Assembly: GCA_016839605.1 (NCBI GenBank)
Contig: JAEOTX010000140.1
Coordinates: 1-48,373 of the forward strand
Direction: 5' to 3'
DNA length: 48,373 nt
Source: Candidatus Thorarchaeota archaeon
Lineage (GTDB): Archaea; Asgardarchaeota; Thorarchaeia; Thorarchaeales; Thorarchaeaceae
A program made the position numbers and the translations under genes. Shown in pieces: positions 16,788-26,514 of the stretch. Below the pieces are notes generated by a model. It was not told the DNA's origin. It worked only from the letters and a program-made list of their open reading frames with translations, and searched no databases. Position 1 is the stretch's first letter. Each line of letters begins with the position of its first letter.

Positions 16788-17682
16788 AGCGATTGAATAT
16801 ACTTACTTCCCCGGCTGCATGATTCCCTTCAGACTTCCACACTTCGAGCTAACTATGCGAGAGGTTCTAAGTCGTCTGAATATTGAGCTGGTAGCAGATG
16901 AAGGACACAGTTGTTGTCCAGAGCCAACTACCTTTACAGGAGTGGATTTCGAAGCATGGCTAACTGTTGGGGCTAGAAACATTGCAGTTAGCGAGTCCAC
17001 TGGAAGAGACACAATGGCGCTCTGCAGTGGATGTTTCCATACTTTGGCTATGGTTGGACACACACTTCAATCCGACAGCAAAACCCGTGAGCGGATAAAC
17101 AAGAGGCTGAAAAGAATTGGAATGGAAGCCACGGGGGAGGTCACCGTGAAGAACATCCTACATGTCTTGCATGAGGATGTGGGTCTAGACAAGATTCGAA
17201 AGAGCATAGTTCAGCCTCTCAAGGACATCTCTATTGCTGCCCACTATGGCTGTCATCTCGTAAGGCCAATTGAAGCAACCCACATGGATGATGCAGAGGA
17301 TCCGATGTGGATGGAAGATTTGATTGAGGTGACAGGTGCCAAGCCAGTAGACTATCCTGACAAGATGGCATGCTGCGGAGCGCCCATCTCTCCCTCGGAT
17401 GAGCCCAAGTCTTTTGTCTTAGCAGCGGATAAGTTGCGAAAGATACGAGATGCAGGTGCCGATGCCATCGTGTTGGTGTGCCCAACCTGCTATACTCAGA
17501 TGGAGATGCAGCAGAAGAAGGCAATCGAACATCTTGGTCCAGAGTTTAGCCTTCCTGTTCTCTATCTGGGTGAGATGATGGCGCTTGCGATGGGAATGTC
17601 AGATCTAGTAGTCAACAATGCCCGGAGATATCATCGAGTGAAGCTTCAGCCTCTGTTGGAGAAGATGGGGGTTGGAAAGTAA
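16780..17682 (+). CDS. hdrB: Heterodisulfide reductase subunit B-like (two CCG domains)
   Basis: YFPGC, SCCP, LCSGC, HYGCH, CCGA, CPTC; SD GGAGGTGA before ATG 16780. Confidence 0.92.
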   Translation: MSKAIEYTYFPGCMIPFRLPHFELTMREVLSRLNIELVADEGHSCCPEPTTFTGVDFEAWLTVGARNIAVSESTGRDTMALCSGCFHTLAMVGHTLQSDSKTRERINKRLKRIGMEATGEVTVKNILHVLHEDVGLDKIRKSIVQPLKDISIAAHYGCHLVRPIEATHMDDAEDPMWMEDLIEVTGAKPVDYPDKMACCGAPISPSDEPKSFVLAADKLRKIRDAGADAIVLVCPTCYTQMEMQQKKAIEHLGPEFSLPVLYLGEMMALAMGMSDLVVNNARRYHRVKLQPLLEKMGVGK

Positions 17683-18947
17683 TGGGCGATACAGTTGTTG
17701 TTGTTGGTGCTGGTCTCGCAGGCATTCAGGTTTCTCATCAACTGGCTGATTTGGGCTTGAAAGTGCACTTGGTAGAGAAGGAAGCCACTGTAGGGGGACT
17801 TTCTGCACATCTTGGCAAGGTATTTCCCACAGATGACTGTGCTCTATGTCTTGATGCATGTGAAGAGTTGTTTAGTGGGCATCATCGGAGATGTCAGTAT
17901 CGAAGCCTACTAGGCAATCAGAAGAAGTTGAACCTTCATACTCTGACAGAGATAAAATCAATCAAACAGGACGGTGGCAGGTTCTCTGTTTCTCTAAAGA
18001 CTACACCAAGATATGTAATGCTTGACCGGTGTGTTGTATGTCTGGAATGCATCAATGTCTGTGATGTTGAAGTTCCTGATGAGATGAACCTAGGACGAGT
18101 TATGAGAAAGGCGATCTATCGTTCAATTCCGCAAGGAGTCCCTCTTGCTCCTGTTATTGACATGAACTCGTGCACAAAGTGTACTAAATGCGTTGATGTA
18201 TGTAAGGTTGGTGCCATCGACTTGGAGCAGAGGTCTAAGACCAGGACCATAAAGGCTGATGCAGTAGTCTTGGCAACAGGAGTAGAGGAACGGTCTCCCA
18301 GTATACTCCCAGGCTATGCGTATGGCCTGTGTAAGGATGTTCTTACACAGAGGGAGCTCGCACGTCTTCTGGACTCAACAGGAGCAACTAATGGAAAAGT
18401 TCTCACTGCATCAGGAAAGCAAGTAGAGTCCGTAACAATGATACTCTGTGCTGGAAGCAGAGACCTGAATGCAATAGACTATTGCTCACAGGCATGTTGC
18501 ACATATAGCCTGAAACATGCAATCATGCTCAGGGAACAAGGTGTAGGTGTGACCATTTGCTACATGGATCTTCGTGTTCCACTGCATAGCCACAGCTTTC
18601 TCGAACGTGCTAGGGAATCAGATGTGACGTTTGTGAGAGGAAAGCCAGATCATGTAATAGTCCATGAAGGCTCTCCCGTGACCATTGTTGAAGACACTGA
18701 AGCCCTGAAACGCTTGGAGATAGAGTCAGATCTTGTTGTTCTTGCCTCACCACTAGTACCTCATGCCGCTGAGAAAGAGGTCTTCAATTCATTTCTTGGT
18801 GATTATGGATTTGCTGCACGTCATGATGCACCAAAGGGCATCTATGCCTGCGGGACCGCTACCGGTCCAACCGACATTCCTGCAAGTGTTGCAGAGGCCA
18901 ATGCAGTTGCGTTAGAAGTCTACATGGCCTTGAAAGGAGGTGCCTAG
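17682..18947 (+). CDS. Short HdrA-like (QmoA-like architecture) FAD/Fe-S protein
   Basis: GAGLAG FAD motif, FPTDDC, inserted 2x[4Fe-4S], CAGSR..CSQACC; lacks the N-terminal and C-terminal ferredoxin domains of canonical HdrA. Confidence 0.85.
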   Translation: MGDTVVVVGAGLAGIQVSHQLADLGLKVHLVEKEATVGGLSAHLGKVFPTDDCALCLDACEELFSGHHRRCQYRSLLGNQKKLNLHTLTEIKSIKQDGGRFSVSLKTTPRYVMLDRCVVCLECINVCDVEVPDEMNLGRVMRKAIYRSIPQGVPLAPVIDMNSCTKCTKCVDVCKVGAIDLEQRSKTRTIKADAVVLATGVEERSPSILPGYAYGLCKDVLTQRELARLLDSTGATNGKVLTASGKQVESVTMILCAGSRDLNAIDYCSQACCTYSLKHAIMLREQGVGVTICYMDLRVPLHSHSFLERARESDVTFVRGKPDHVIVHEGSPVTIVEDTEALKRLEIESDLVVLASPLVPHAAEKEVFNSFLGDYGFAARHDAPKGIYACGTATGPTDIPASVAEANAVALEVYMALKGGA

Positions 18948-20912
18948 ATGAAGAAGTTGTTCCTATGCACCTGCAATGGCACTCTGAATAAGCTGCTAGA
19001 CTTCACAAAAATCGGGAAAGAGGTAAAGGCACTCTATGATGTAGTTGAGGTTGTAGATAATCTCTGTTTGGAGGAGGGGCTTACAAAACTGGAAAAAGGA
19101 CTTTCAGAAGATGACAGACTAGCAATAGGTGCCTGTAGCTCGCAGATTATTGGAGTCCCCATGAAACAGAGAATCAAGAATGACCTTGTTACGTTCGTTC
19201 CACTGAGGGAACAAGTGGGATGGGTCCATGTTGAAGAGAAGGAGTCTGCCACCAACAAGGCGATAGTGTTACTGTCTGATGCATCAGTGCAGTTGGATCA
19301 TATGGAGTCACCAACTGAGTTCACTGAGAGTGTAGTAGATCGAGTTCTGGTTATGGGAGGCGGTATTGCTGGCTTGAAGGCCGCATCAGACCTCCATCGA
19401 CTGGGTGTTGAAGTGACTCTCTTAGAACCGTCCGGTCAGAATAACGAACGATATCTCCAGACCAGCGTTTTCATGAGCGACACTGACACACTCATAAACG
19501 AGCTTCAAGCAATTCAGAAGACCCTCAAGAAAGTAGAGCGGTTTGAAGGAACATTTGGTGAGGTCACAGGGCAGACAGGGTCCTATGATGTCACTCTGAA
19601 TGGTGTGAACGGTAACGAGAAGATTCGAGAATACGGTGCTATAATAGTCGCTTCGGGAAATCAACAGTATTTGCCACGTTCTGCAAAAAAGATGCGTCAC
19701 GGCAAGTCTGAACGTGTTGTCACCCTGGATAGTCTAATGTCGAGATTAAAGAAGAAACGTGCCAAGGAGAGTTCCACTATCCTTGTTGCAGTGGACTTTG
19801 ATGCTCCTATGTTCTCCGTGGAGGGAAGCCATCTCCTTAGATCCACCCGAAACCTAGCAACTCGGGGTTACACAATCATTGTGGTACACTCAGACATCAG
19901 AACCGAGGACGAGAATCTCTACCGAGAGGCACGCGACTCAGGAGTCATATTCATACGCGGCAAGGTGACTCGTATTAGAGAGAATGAAAAAGGACTGACC
20001 TGCCGCATTGAGAACACTCTGGAGTCAATGGAGAGAGAAGTCATAGCAGACCTTGTTGCAATCCCTCAGATGGTTGGACCCGTCAACGAAACTGCACTAC
20101 TTGCTGACAAGCTGGGAGTGGATTGTGACAATAATGGTTTCATCAGGACCCGATACAGCAAGATGAAGCCTGTCCAGACCTCCAGACGTGGTATCTTCGT
20201 GGCTGGTGGTGCGAAGATGCCAATGAGTTTGTCTGATGCTATGGCCTCTGCTCAAAATGCTGTTCTTGAGGCCTTCAAAGTGGTACGATCTCCTTTGACA
20301 CGGTCCGGATGGATTCCAGTTATAGACGATGAGCAATGTGATGTCTGCAAAGCATGTTTAGAAGCCTGTCCGAATGATGCACTGCGACTAATGGATGATC
20401 GAATAGTGCATGTTCCAGCACACTGCGAGTTCTGTGGCATCTGCGTGTCTGCCTGTCCGACTCGGGCAATCGAGTTTCAGTCTCATAGGAAAGAGAGCTG
20501 GTTTGCACGGTTCGAGGCAGTAGCAACCACCCATAGACGACTTGAGGGGAAGAAGCCATTCTCATTCGTCTTTGCATGTAGCGAGTGTGCCAATGCATCG
20601 ATTGACCAAGCCGGGTTTGCTGGCAAGCAGTACGGCACAGGAAGCTATGTCATTCAATTTCCATGTGCTGGAATGGTTTCGCCTATTGAGATTCTCAAAG
20701 GCCTCGTTGTCGGGGCTGAACATGTCATTGTAGCCCATTGCCCACCAGGTGGGTGCCATCACCAGACTGGTGATCATCTTTCAGAGCTCGTTGTCAGCTT
20801 TACCAGAGATATGTTACGTGAGATAGGACAGGATCCTGAACGTGTTCAGGCCACATACATGATAGCAGCAATGCCTGAAAAGATGCAGAAGGAGGTGCCA
20901 GTCCGTGGATAA
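18948..20912 (+). CDS. Degenerate HdrA-like protein fused to ferredoxin and MvhD (QmoB-like architecture)
   Basis: N-terminal CTC..LC..AC..LREQ, GGGIAG, C-terminal 2x CxxCxxCxxxCP, MvhD motifs CSECA..PCAG..HCPPGGCHH. Confidence 0.85.
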   Translation: MKKLFLCTCNGTLNKLLDFTKIGKEVKALYDVVEVVDNLCLEEGLTKLEKGLSEDDRLAIGACSSQIIGVPMKQRIKNDLVTFVPLREQVGWVHVEEKESATNKAIVLLSDASVQLDHMESPTEFTESVVDRVLVMGGGIAGLKAASDLHRLGVEVTLLEPSGQNNERYLQTSVFMSDTDTLINELQAIQKTLKKVERFEGTFGEVTGQTGSYDVTLNGVNGNEKIREYGAIIVASGNQQYLPRSAKKMRHGKSERVVTLDSLMSRLKKKRAKESSTILVAVDFDAPMFSVEGSHLLRSTRNLATRGYTIIVVHSDIRTEDENLYREARDSGVIFIRGKVTRIRENEKGLTCRIENTLESMEREVIADLVAIPQMVGPVNETALLADKLGVDCDNNGFIRTRYSKMKPVQTSRRGIFVAGGAKMPMSLSDAMASAQNAVLEAFKVVRSPLTRSGWIPVIDDEQCDVCKACLEACPNDALRLMDDRIVHVPAHCEFCGICVSACPTRAIEFQSHRKESWFARFEAVATTHRRLEGKKPFSFVFACSECANASIDQAGFAGKQYGTGSYVIQFPCAGMVSPIEILKGLVVGAEHVIVAHCPPGGCHHQTGDHLSELVVSFTRDMLREIGQDPERVQATYMIAAMPEKMQKEVPVRG

Positions 20913-21819
20913 ACGCGAGCGTCTTATTCAGAAGCTTCGTAACATCGCAGTGCAGACTCCTACAGCCATCTTGGAAGTCCCTGAGAAGGTAGAGGGTTTT
21001 GGGAGTATCAAATACAGACCGGAGCCCTGCAGTGTATGCAAGAAATGCATTGAGGCATGTGAGGTAGAAGCCCTGGACATAGACTTCACGGTGCAATTGC
21101 CAGCCTATCTGGATGCTACAATACCTGAAGGGGGCTTCAGGTCCAAGAACCGTGAAACACTGATTTCCCTCCTTCAGACTCTGAAAGGGGAGGGCGATGT
21201 TCAGGCAATCTCAGTTCCTACTGGTCTGGCTGGATATGGATCAGTCGTCTGGTTTACTGAGAAGTGCATAGCCTGTAACAAGTGCGTTGAAGCTTGTCCA
21301 GAGGATTGCCTCGACCTAGAGAAGCAGTACGACCTACCAACAATCATTGGTGATGTAGTAACTCCCCCGTCGATTTCTATTACTGAGTGGGAGCCATTCA
21401 TAATTTGTTTTGTGTGCTGGGAGTGTTCTCATGCAGCTGCTGACCTAGCTGGCCTCATGCACTTACACTATCCTGCCAACATACGAACTGTAAGGGTGCC
21501 ATGTAGTGGTGCAGTTGAACCTATCCAGATAATGACCGCAATGGAGAATGGTGTTGATGGGGTCTTGGTCACAGGATGCCTTCTCTCAGAGTGTCACTAT
21601 GGTGGTGATGATCCATTAGCTGGCAACTTCATGCAGCAAGACTTCGTTCATTTCTGGCAAAGTGTTTTTGAGGAGATAGGTCTAGGTGGTCGGTTGCACA
21701 TCGATTTCGCATCTGCTGCAATGGGCATTAGATTTACAGAGATAGTCACAGAGTTTGTTGAACGAATCAAGAAGATAGGACCTAGCCCTCTAAGAGGTAA
21801 ATTGGAGGTGGAATCTTAG
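20905..21819 (+). CDS. Ferredoxin-MvhD fusion protein
   Basis: Two CxxCxxCxxxC motifs, then MvhD CWECSHAAADLAG..RVPCSG..DGVLVTGC...CHY. Confidence 0.88.
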   Translation: MDKRERLIQKLRNIAVQTPTAILEVPEKVEGFGSIKYRPEPCSVCKKCIEACEVEALDIDFTVQLPAYLDATIPEGGFRSKNRETLISLLQTLKGEGDVQAISVPTGLAGYGSVVWFTEKCIACNKCVEACPEDCLDLEKQYDLPTIIGDVVTPPSISITEWEPFIICFVCWECSHAAADLAGLMHLHYPANIRTVRVPCSGAVEPIQIMTAMENGVDGVLVTGCLLSECHYGGDDPLAGNFMQQDFVHFWQSVFEEIGLGGRLHIDFASAAMGIRFTEIVTEFVERIKKIGPSPLRGKLEVES

Positions 21820-23853
21820 ATGCCTAAGAAGAAGAAGGATGAACATCGAATTGGTGTGTTCATTTGTAGTTGTGGAACCAACATCGGAGGTGTGATTAAT
21901 GTACGAAAACTTGCTCGGGATTTCAAGGACTATCCTGGAGTTTCGTTCACCACCTCCAATATGTTCACCTGCTCAAAGGATGGTCAGGATAAGATCGCTG
22001 ATATGATTAAGGAGAAAGAACTCACAGGAGTCGTCATTGGGGCATGCACACCCAAGCTCCACGAACAGCTATTCAGAGAGATTTTGGAAGAGAATGGCCT
22101 TAATCCATTCCGGCTTGCCCAAGCAAATCTACGTGAGCATGATACTTGGGTCCATGGTGACAATCCAGAGGTCGCTTACAAGGTTGCCTACGATTTAGTG
22201 GCAGGTGCAATTGAACGGGCCAAAACGCTGGAGGACATTGGATTTGAGGAGTATCCAGTCGACAAGAGTGTCCTCGTGATAGGTGCAGGAATTGCAGGAA
22301 TTCAATCTGCTCTTGATTTAGCAGATAAAGGAATCAAGGTCTATCTTGTGGAGAAGTACACCTCAATAGGTGGCTATATGGCACGTCTAGAGAAGACGTT
22401 TCCAACATTAGACTGTTCGATGTGTATTTTATCACCAAAACTATCAGCAGTAGAACGCCACAAGAACATCGAGTTACTAAGTTATTCGGAAGTCATCGAA
22501 ACCGAGCGGGACTACGGGAATTTCAAAGTCCGTATCAAGAAGAAGCCCAGATACGTTAGTATTGATGACTGTATTAACTGTGGAGCCTGTGAGCGCAACT
22601 GTCCTGCTACAGGCCTAGATGAATGGAATCTTGGACTCGGAGAGCGCAAGGCGGTCTACACGCCCTTCCCTCAAGCGGTCCCTGGCGTTTACTTCCTCGA
22701 TAAGGAGTCATGTACTCATTGGACTGATGGATGCACTATCTGTGCTGAGAAGTGTCCGCGTGATGCCATCTCGTATGATGTCGAGCCAGAAGAGATTGAA
22801 CTCAAAGTGGGAGCTATAGTGGCCGCCACTGGGTTTGTTGAGATGGACATTGAGGAGCTGCCCGAGTATGGCGGAGGCAAGTTTGCTCATGTATTGACGG
22901 CAGGTCAGTACGGTCGCCTCTTGAGTCTTGTTGGACCAACAGAGGGCAAGATTCTCCTACCTCCAGGTTTTGAGCAGAGTCCTAAACGCATTGCGTATAT
23001 CAATTGCGCGGGATCACGTGATGAGAACCATAGACCATGGTGCTGCAACTTCGGTTGTATGTACACCCTCAGACATGCTGAGATGACGCATAGGCTCTAT
23101 GGTGATGACATTGACCAATGGATAGTCTATCATGAGCTTCGAGCAGGTGGTAAGGAATACGAGCAGTTCTACAGAAGAGTGAGAGAGAGTGGCGTACAGT
23201 TTGTACGAGGCTTTCCAAGTGACATGGTTGAAGAGAAGGATGGTAGTATCAGCTTTTCAGTGTTTGATCAGGGGACCGGGAGTCTGCTACGTCTAAACTT
23301 CGATATGGTGGTTCTGACAATGGCCGTCGACCCATCACCTGGAGCTGCTCATCTCGGCCACATGCTGGGTGTGGATCGGAGTGAAGGTGGTTTCATGAAG
23401 GAACTCCATCCGAAGCTCGAGCCTGTCAATACGAAGTCCAGGGGGATTTTCATTGCAGGAGCCTGCCAGAGTCCTAAAGACATACCTGCAAGCGTTGCTG
23501 ATGGCAAGGCTGCAGCAAGTGCAGCAGCATCTCATGTACTCAAGGGAAAGGTCCGTGTACAGATGGACAAAGCAGTCGTAGACGAAACTCTATGCATTGG
23601 GTGCGGTCTATGTGAAAAGGTCTGCCCATTCACTGCAATCTCCATGACTTTGCGTGATGACGAGAGCCAGCTTGCCGAAGTAAGTTCAATACTGTGCACA
23701 GGCTGTGGAAAGTGTCAGGTAGTTTGTCCAACAGGAGCCATTAAGCGAAAGCATTTCACGACCGAACAGATAGAGGCCGAGGTCTTAGGTCTCATCTCTG
23801 CACACAGGAAGCGAGAGCAGGCTGAGAAGACATCCGGAGGTGTTTCTTCATGA
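21820..23853 (+). CDS. hdrA: Heterodisulfide reductase subunit A (full length)
   Basis: RIGVFICSCGTNI, ANLREH, GAGIAG, LEKTFPTLDCSMC, inserted and C-terminal 2x[4Fe-4S], ELHPKLEPV. Confidence 0.95.
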   Translation: MPKKKKDEHRIGVFICSCGTNIGGVINVRKLARDFKDYPGVSFTTSNMFTCSKDGQDKIADMIKEKELTGVVIGACTPKLHEQLFREILEENGLNPFRLAQANLREHDTWVHGDNPEVAYKVAYDLVAGAIERAKTLEDIGFEEYPVDKSVLVIGAGIAGIQSALDLADKGIKVYLVEKYTSIGGYMARLEKTFPTLDCSMCILSPKLSAVERHKNIELLSYSEVIETERDYGNFKVRIKKKPRYVSIDDCINCGACERNCPATGLDEWNLGLGERKAVYTPFPQAVPGVYFLDKESCTHWTDGCTICAEKCPRDAISYDVEPEEIELKVGAIVAATGFVEMDIEELPEYGGGKFAHVLTAGQYGRLLSLVGPTEGKILLPPGFEQSPKRIAYINCAGSRDENHRPWCCNFGCMYTLRHAEMTHRLYGDDIDQWIVYHELRAGGKEYEQFYRRVRESGVQFVRGFPSDMVEEKDGSISFSVFDQGTGSLLRLNFDMVVLTMAVDPSPGAAHLGHMLGVDRSEGGFMKELHPKLEPVNTKSRGIFIAGACQSPKDIPASVADGKAAASAAASHVLKGKVRVQMDKAVVDETLCIGCGLCEKVCPFTAISMTLRDDESQLAEVSSILCTGCGKCQVVCPTGAIKRKHFTTEQIEAEVLGLISAHRKREQAEKTSGGVSS

Positions 23854-24392
23854 CGGAAATTGGTGAAAAGAAGGAATTACCGGATGTCTTCATAGACCCC
23901 ATAGATATGTCCGAACTTGACAGGGGCTTTAGGAAGGAGATTCAGAGTATGCCAAATGGAGAAGAGCTCTCAGCCTGTTTTGCCTGCTCCACCTGTACGT
24001 CTGCCTGTCCGATTGCAAATATCTGGGAGATTAAACCACACCAGCTGATTCGGATGATTATCCTTGGTATACGTGAGAAGGTCCTTTCCTCAAAAGAGAT
24101 CTGGCTCTGTCTGACTTGCTTTGAGTGTCAGGAGAGATGTCCACAAGGGGTTCGGGTCACAGACATATTCTTTGACTGCAAGAACCTTGCAACCGAGGAG
24201 GGCATGATACCCGCCAGTATTGTCGCCCTTGGGAAGGAGCTAATTGAGAAAGGCCAGCTTTATACTGTGACTGCTGACTGGGAACGTGAAGACTTGGACT
24301 TGGAACCTGATGTTCCTGGGCTATCCACTGATGCAGTGAAACGAGTCCTTGGTAGCACTCGTACCGGTCGACTCGTCAAGGGAGGTAGATGA
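23850..24392 (+). CDS. hdrC: Heterodisulfide reductase subunit C (second copy)
   Basis: CFACSTCTSACP, IWLCLTCFECQERCPQGV. Confidence 0.92.
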   Translation: MTEIGEKKELPDVFIDPIDMSELDRGFRKEIQSMPNGEELSACFACSTCTSACPIANIWEIKPHQLIRMIILGIREKVLSSKEIWLCLTCFECQERCPQGVRVTDIFFDCKNLATEEGMIPASIVALGKELIEKGQLYTVTADWEREDLDLEPDVPGLSTDAVKRVLGSTRTGRLVKGGR

Positions 24393-24393
24393 G

Positions 24394-25260
24394 ATGTCTA
24401 CCTACAGTGTCTATATTGGTTGCAGTGTGCCTGCAAACTATCCCAACTATGAAGCGTCAATGTATAAGGTTGCGGAGTTATTCGGCCTGACTCTAGAATA
24501 CTTAGAGGATGTAGCATGCTGTGGTAGTCCTAATCTGAGGGCTATGGACTACTGGGGATGGACTCTTGTTAATGCACGAACACTCGCAATAGCTGACAGT
24601 ACAGAACATGATATTGTGACACCCTGCAACGGATGCTTTGGCAGTCTAAAGGATGTATATCATCTGCTAAAAAGTGACACAGATTATAGAAACCGCATTA
24701 ATGCCGAGCTTGAAAGAGAGGGTCTTGAGTTTAGAGGGACAAGCAAACCCCGTCACTTCATAGAAGTCCTTTATACTGATGTGGGTCTTGAGTCGATAAG
24801 GAAGAAGATTACGAAGCCATTTGATGGTATTGGCATAGCAATTCACTATGGATGCCATCTTCTGCGACCTGGAGACGTGACTGAGATCACACCTGAAATC
24901 CTTAGTGAGCTCGTCAGAGTCACGGGTGCGGATGTAGTCGAATATGCACTATGGAAGCAATGCTGTGGAGCCACGGTATTGCCGGTGGATGAGGCTCTGG
25001 CAATAAGACTTGCTCGAGATAAACTCAAGTCTATGAAGGATGCAGGTGCTGCTTTTGCCACAGTTGTCTGTCCGGCATGCTGCAATCAATTGGACCTTCA
25101 GCAGCTCGGACTACGAGAGTCATATGGCGAGCAGTTCGACCTTCCAATCCTCTTCTACCCTCAAATCCTCGGTCTCGCACTGGGTCTTGATGAGGATGAG
25201 GTGGGTCTTGGTATGAACAGGGTGCCTGCGAAGCCGATTCTCCAACACTTCTCCAAATAA
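24394..25260 (+). CDS. hdrB: Heterodisulfide reductase subunit B (second copy)
   Basis: YIGC, CCGS, PCNGC, HYGCHLLRP, CCGA, CPAC; SD GGAGGT before ATG 24394. Confidence 0.92.
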   Translation: MSTYSVYIGCSVPANYPNYEASMYKVAELFGLTLEYLEDVACCGSPNLRAMDYWGWTLVNARTLAIADSTEHDIVTPCNGCFGSLKDVYHLLKSDTDYRNRINAELEREGLEFRGTSKPRHFIEVLYTDVGLESIRKKITKPFDGIGIAIHYGCHLLRPGDVTEITPEILSELVRVTGADVVEYALWKQCCGATVLPVDEALAIRLARDKLKSMKDAGAAFATVVCPACCNQLDLQQLGLRESYGEQFDLPILFYPQILGLALGLDEDEVGLGMNRVPAKPILQHFSK

Positions 25261-25273
25261 CTGTAAAGCACTA

Positions 25274-25921
25274 TCATCCAAGCTCATAGCCGCATTCTTC
25301 CCATGCTTCTCGCATCACTGGATTTCGTCTAAGAAATGCATCCACTATTTCTTTAGGGACGCTATTCAATGGGCATGAGAAGTTCAAGCATCTTGGACAA
25401 ATCTTGAGTTTTAGGACCGTCATCCATGTTCCAATCCCTATTATTGTGAATCCAAGAAAGAGCAATTGGTTGCCCAAAACTAGAAACGGAATCGGATAGC
25501 CAGCAAAGATGATTAATGCAATTATGAACTGGATTTGGTGAGAACGACTCATAGGTTTCGGGTTATAGGGCCATGTCTTGTAGAGTCCGTAGTTGGCATA
25601 GCAGTGCAGGGTATGGCCTTGTCCACCATCCTCAGCATAGAATGGGCAGTGACTACAGAGAACTCTGTTTTCCCAAAGTTCGAAAAAGACCAACCAATAC
25701 ACGAAATATCCGATGAGCCACAGCCCCATACCTCCCAAGATCATGCCCCCTATAGCGGGAATGAAGAATAACATCGCACTTCCGCCAAACATCAGTGTGT
25801 CACTCCGATGCATCTCACAATGTATCTCATTGCAGAGTGAACAGTCACCACACTCTTCCTTTGGCTTCCAGATGCATATATTGTGAGGGTTCTTCTCGAT
25901 ATGGTCGGTGTCCGTATCCAT
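25274..25921 (-). CDS. Cys-rich integral membrane protein of unknown function
   Basis: Four hydrophobic segments; CGDC, CSHCPFY, CPRCLNFSCPLN; start uncertain (25921 or 25975). Confidence 0.75.
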   Translation of the reverse strand: MDTDTDHIEKNPHNICIWKPKEECGDCSLCNEIHCEMHRSDTLMFGGSAMLFFIPAIGGMILGGMGLWLIGYFVYWLVFFELWENRVLCSHCPFYAEDGGQGHTLHCYANYGLYKTWPYNPKPMSRSHQIQFIIALIIFAGYPIPFLVLGNQLLFLGFTIIGIGTWMTVLKLKICPRCLNFSCPLNSVPKEIVDAFLRRNPVMREAWEECGYELG

Positions 25922-26058
25922 AACCGCACGTCCTACGTATCCATCAACACTACTATCACAACGACCATTTAACACCTCTTGAGTTTGTCTTTGAACAATC
26001 CTACCTCATTCAGACAAACTAATAGGCCGCCGAACTGAAATGCAGTTGGGTTTGATTA

Positions 26059-26487
26059 ATGAAGATTGAGCCACTCTTGAATTCGCTTAAGGGAATGTCA
26101 GCGGAATTTCTATCAACTGTGCTGGATACACTTCCAGTTGAGTTCACAATAATCGATGCCGATGACAATGTCATGTTCTGGAACAGACATGGTATTCGTG
26201 TCTTCAAAAGAGGTCCTGCAATCATTAATAGATACGTTGGGATGTGTCATCCAGAACATAGCATTGACAAGGTCGAGTTGGTCATTGAGCGTCTCAAGAG
26301 CGGAGAGGAAGATTACATTGACTTCTGGATAGACCTTCCGGAAGGGGATAATCCCCGTAAGCTCTTGATTCGATATTATGCCATTCGTGATGACAATGGC
26401 ATGTATTTAGGAATACTTGAAACAACAATAAACCTGACACCTCTTCAGGCTTATACTGGCGAATTCCGTCTAGGTGATCTCAAGTAA
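26059..26487 (+). CDS. Stand-alone PAS domain protein (PAS_10/DUF438-associated type)
   Basis: LDTLPVEFTIID.DD.V.FWN, CHP..S..KV..VI..LKSG, IRYYAIRD..G.YLGILE. Confidence 0.85.
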   Translation: MKIEPLLNSLKGMSAEFLSTVLDTLPVEFTIIDADDNVMFWNRHGIRVFKRGPAIINRYVGMCHPEHSIDKVELVIERLKSGEEDYIDFWIDLPEGDNPRKLLIRYYAIRDDNGMYLGILETTINLTPLQAYTGEFRLGDLK

Positions 26488-26514
26488 CCTATAACGGAAC
26501 GGAGGCAGTAGAGA

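Noticed and set aside
16260-25260. Selenocysteine recoding in HdrA/MvhD
   Set aside because: All ORFs are open, with Cys codons at the usual Sec positions (TLDCSMC, CWECS, GC...CHY); no in-frame TGA or SECIS is needed.
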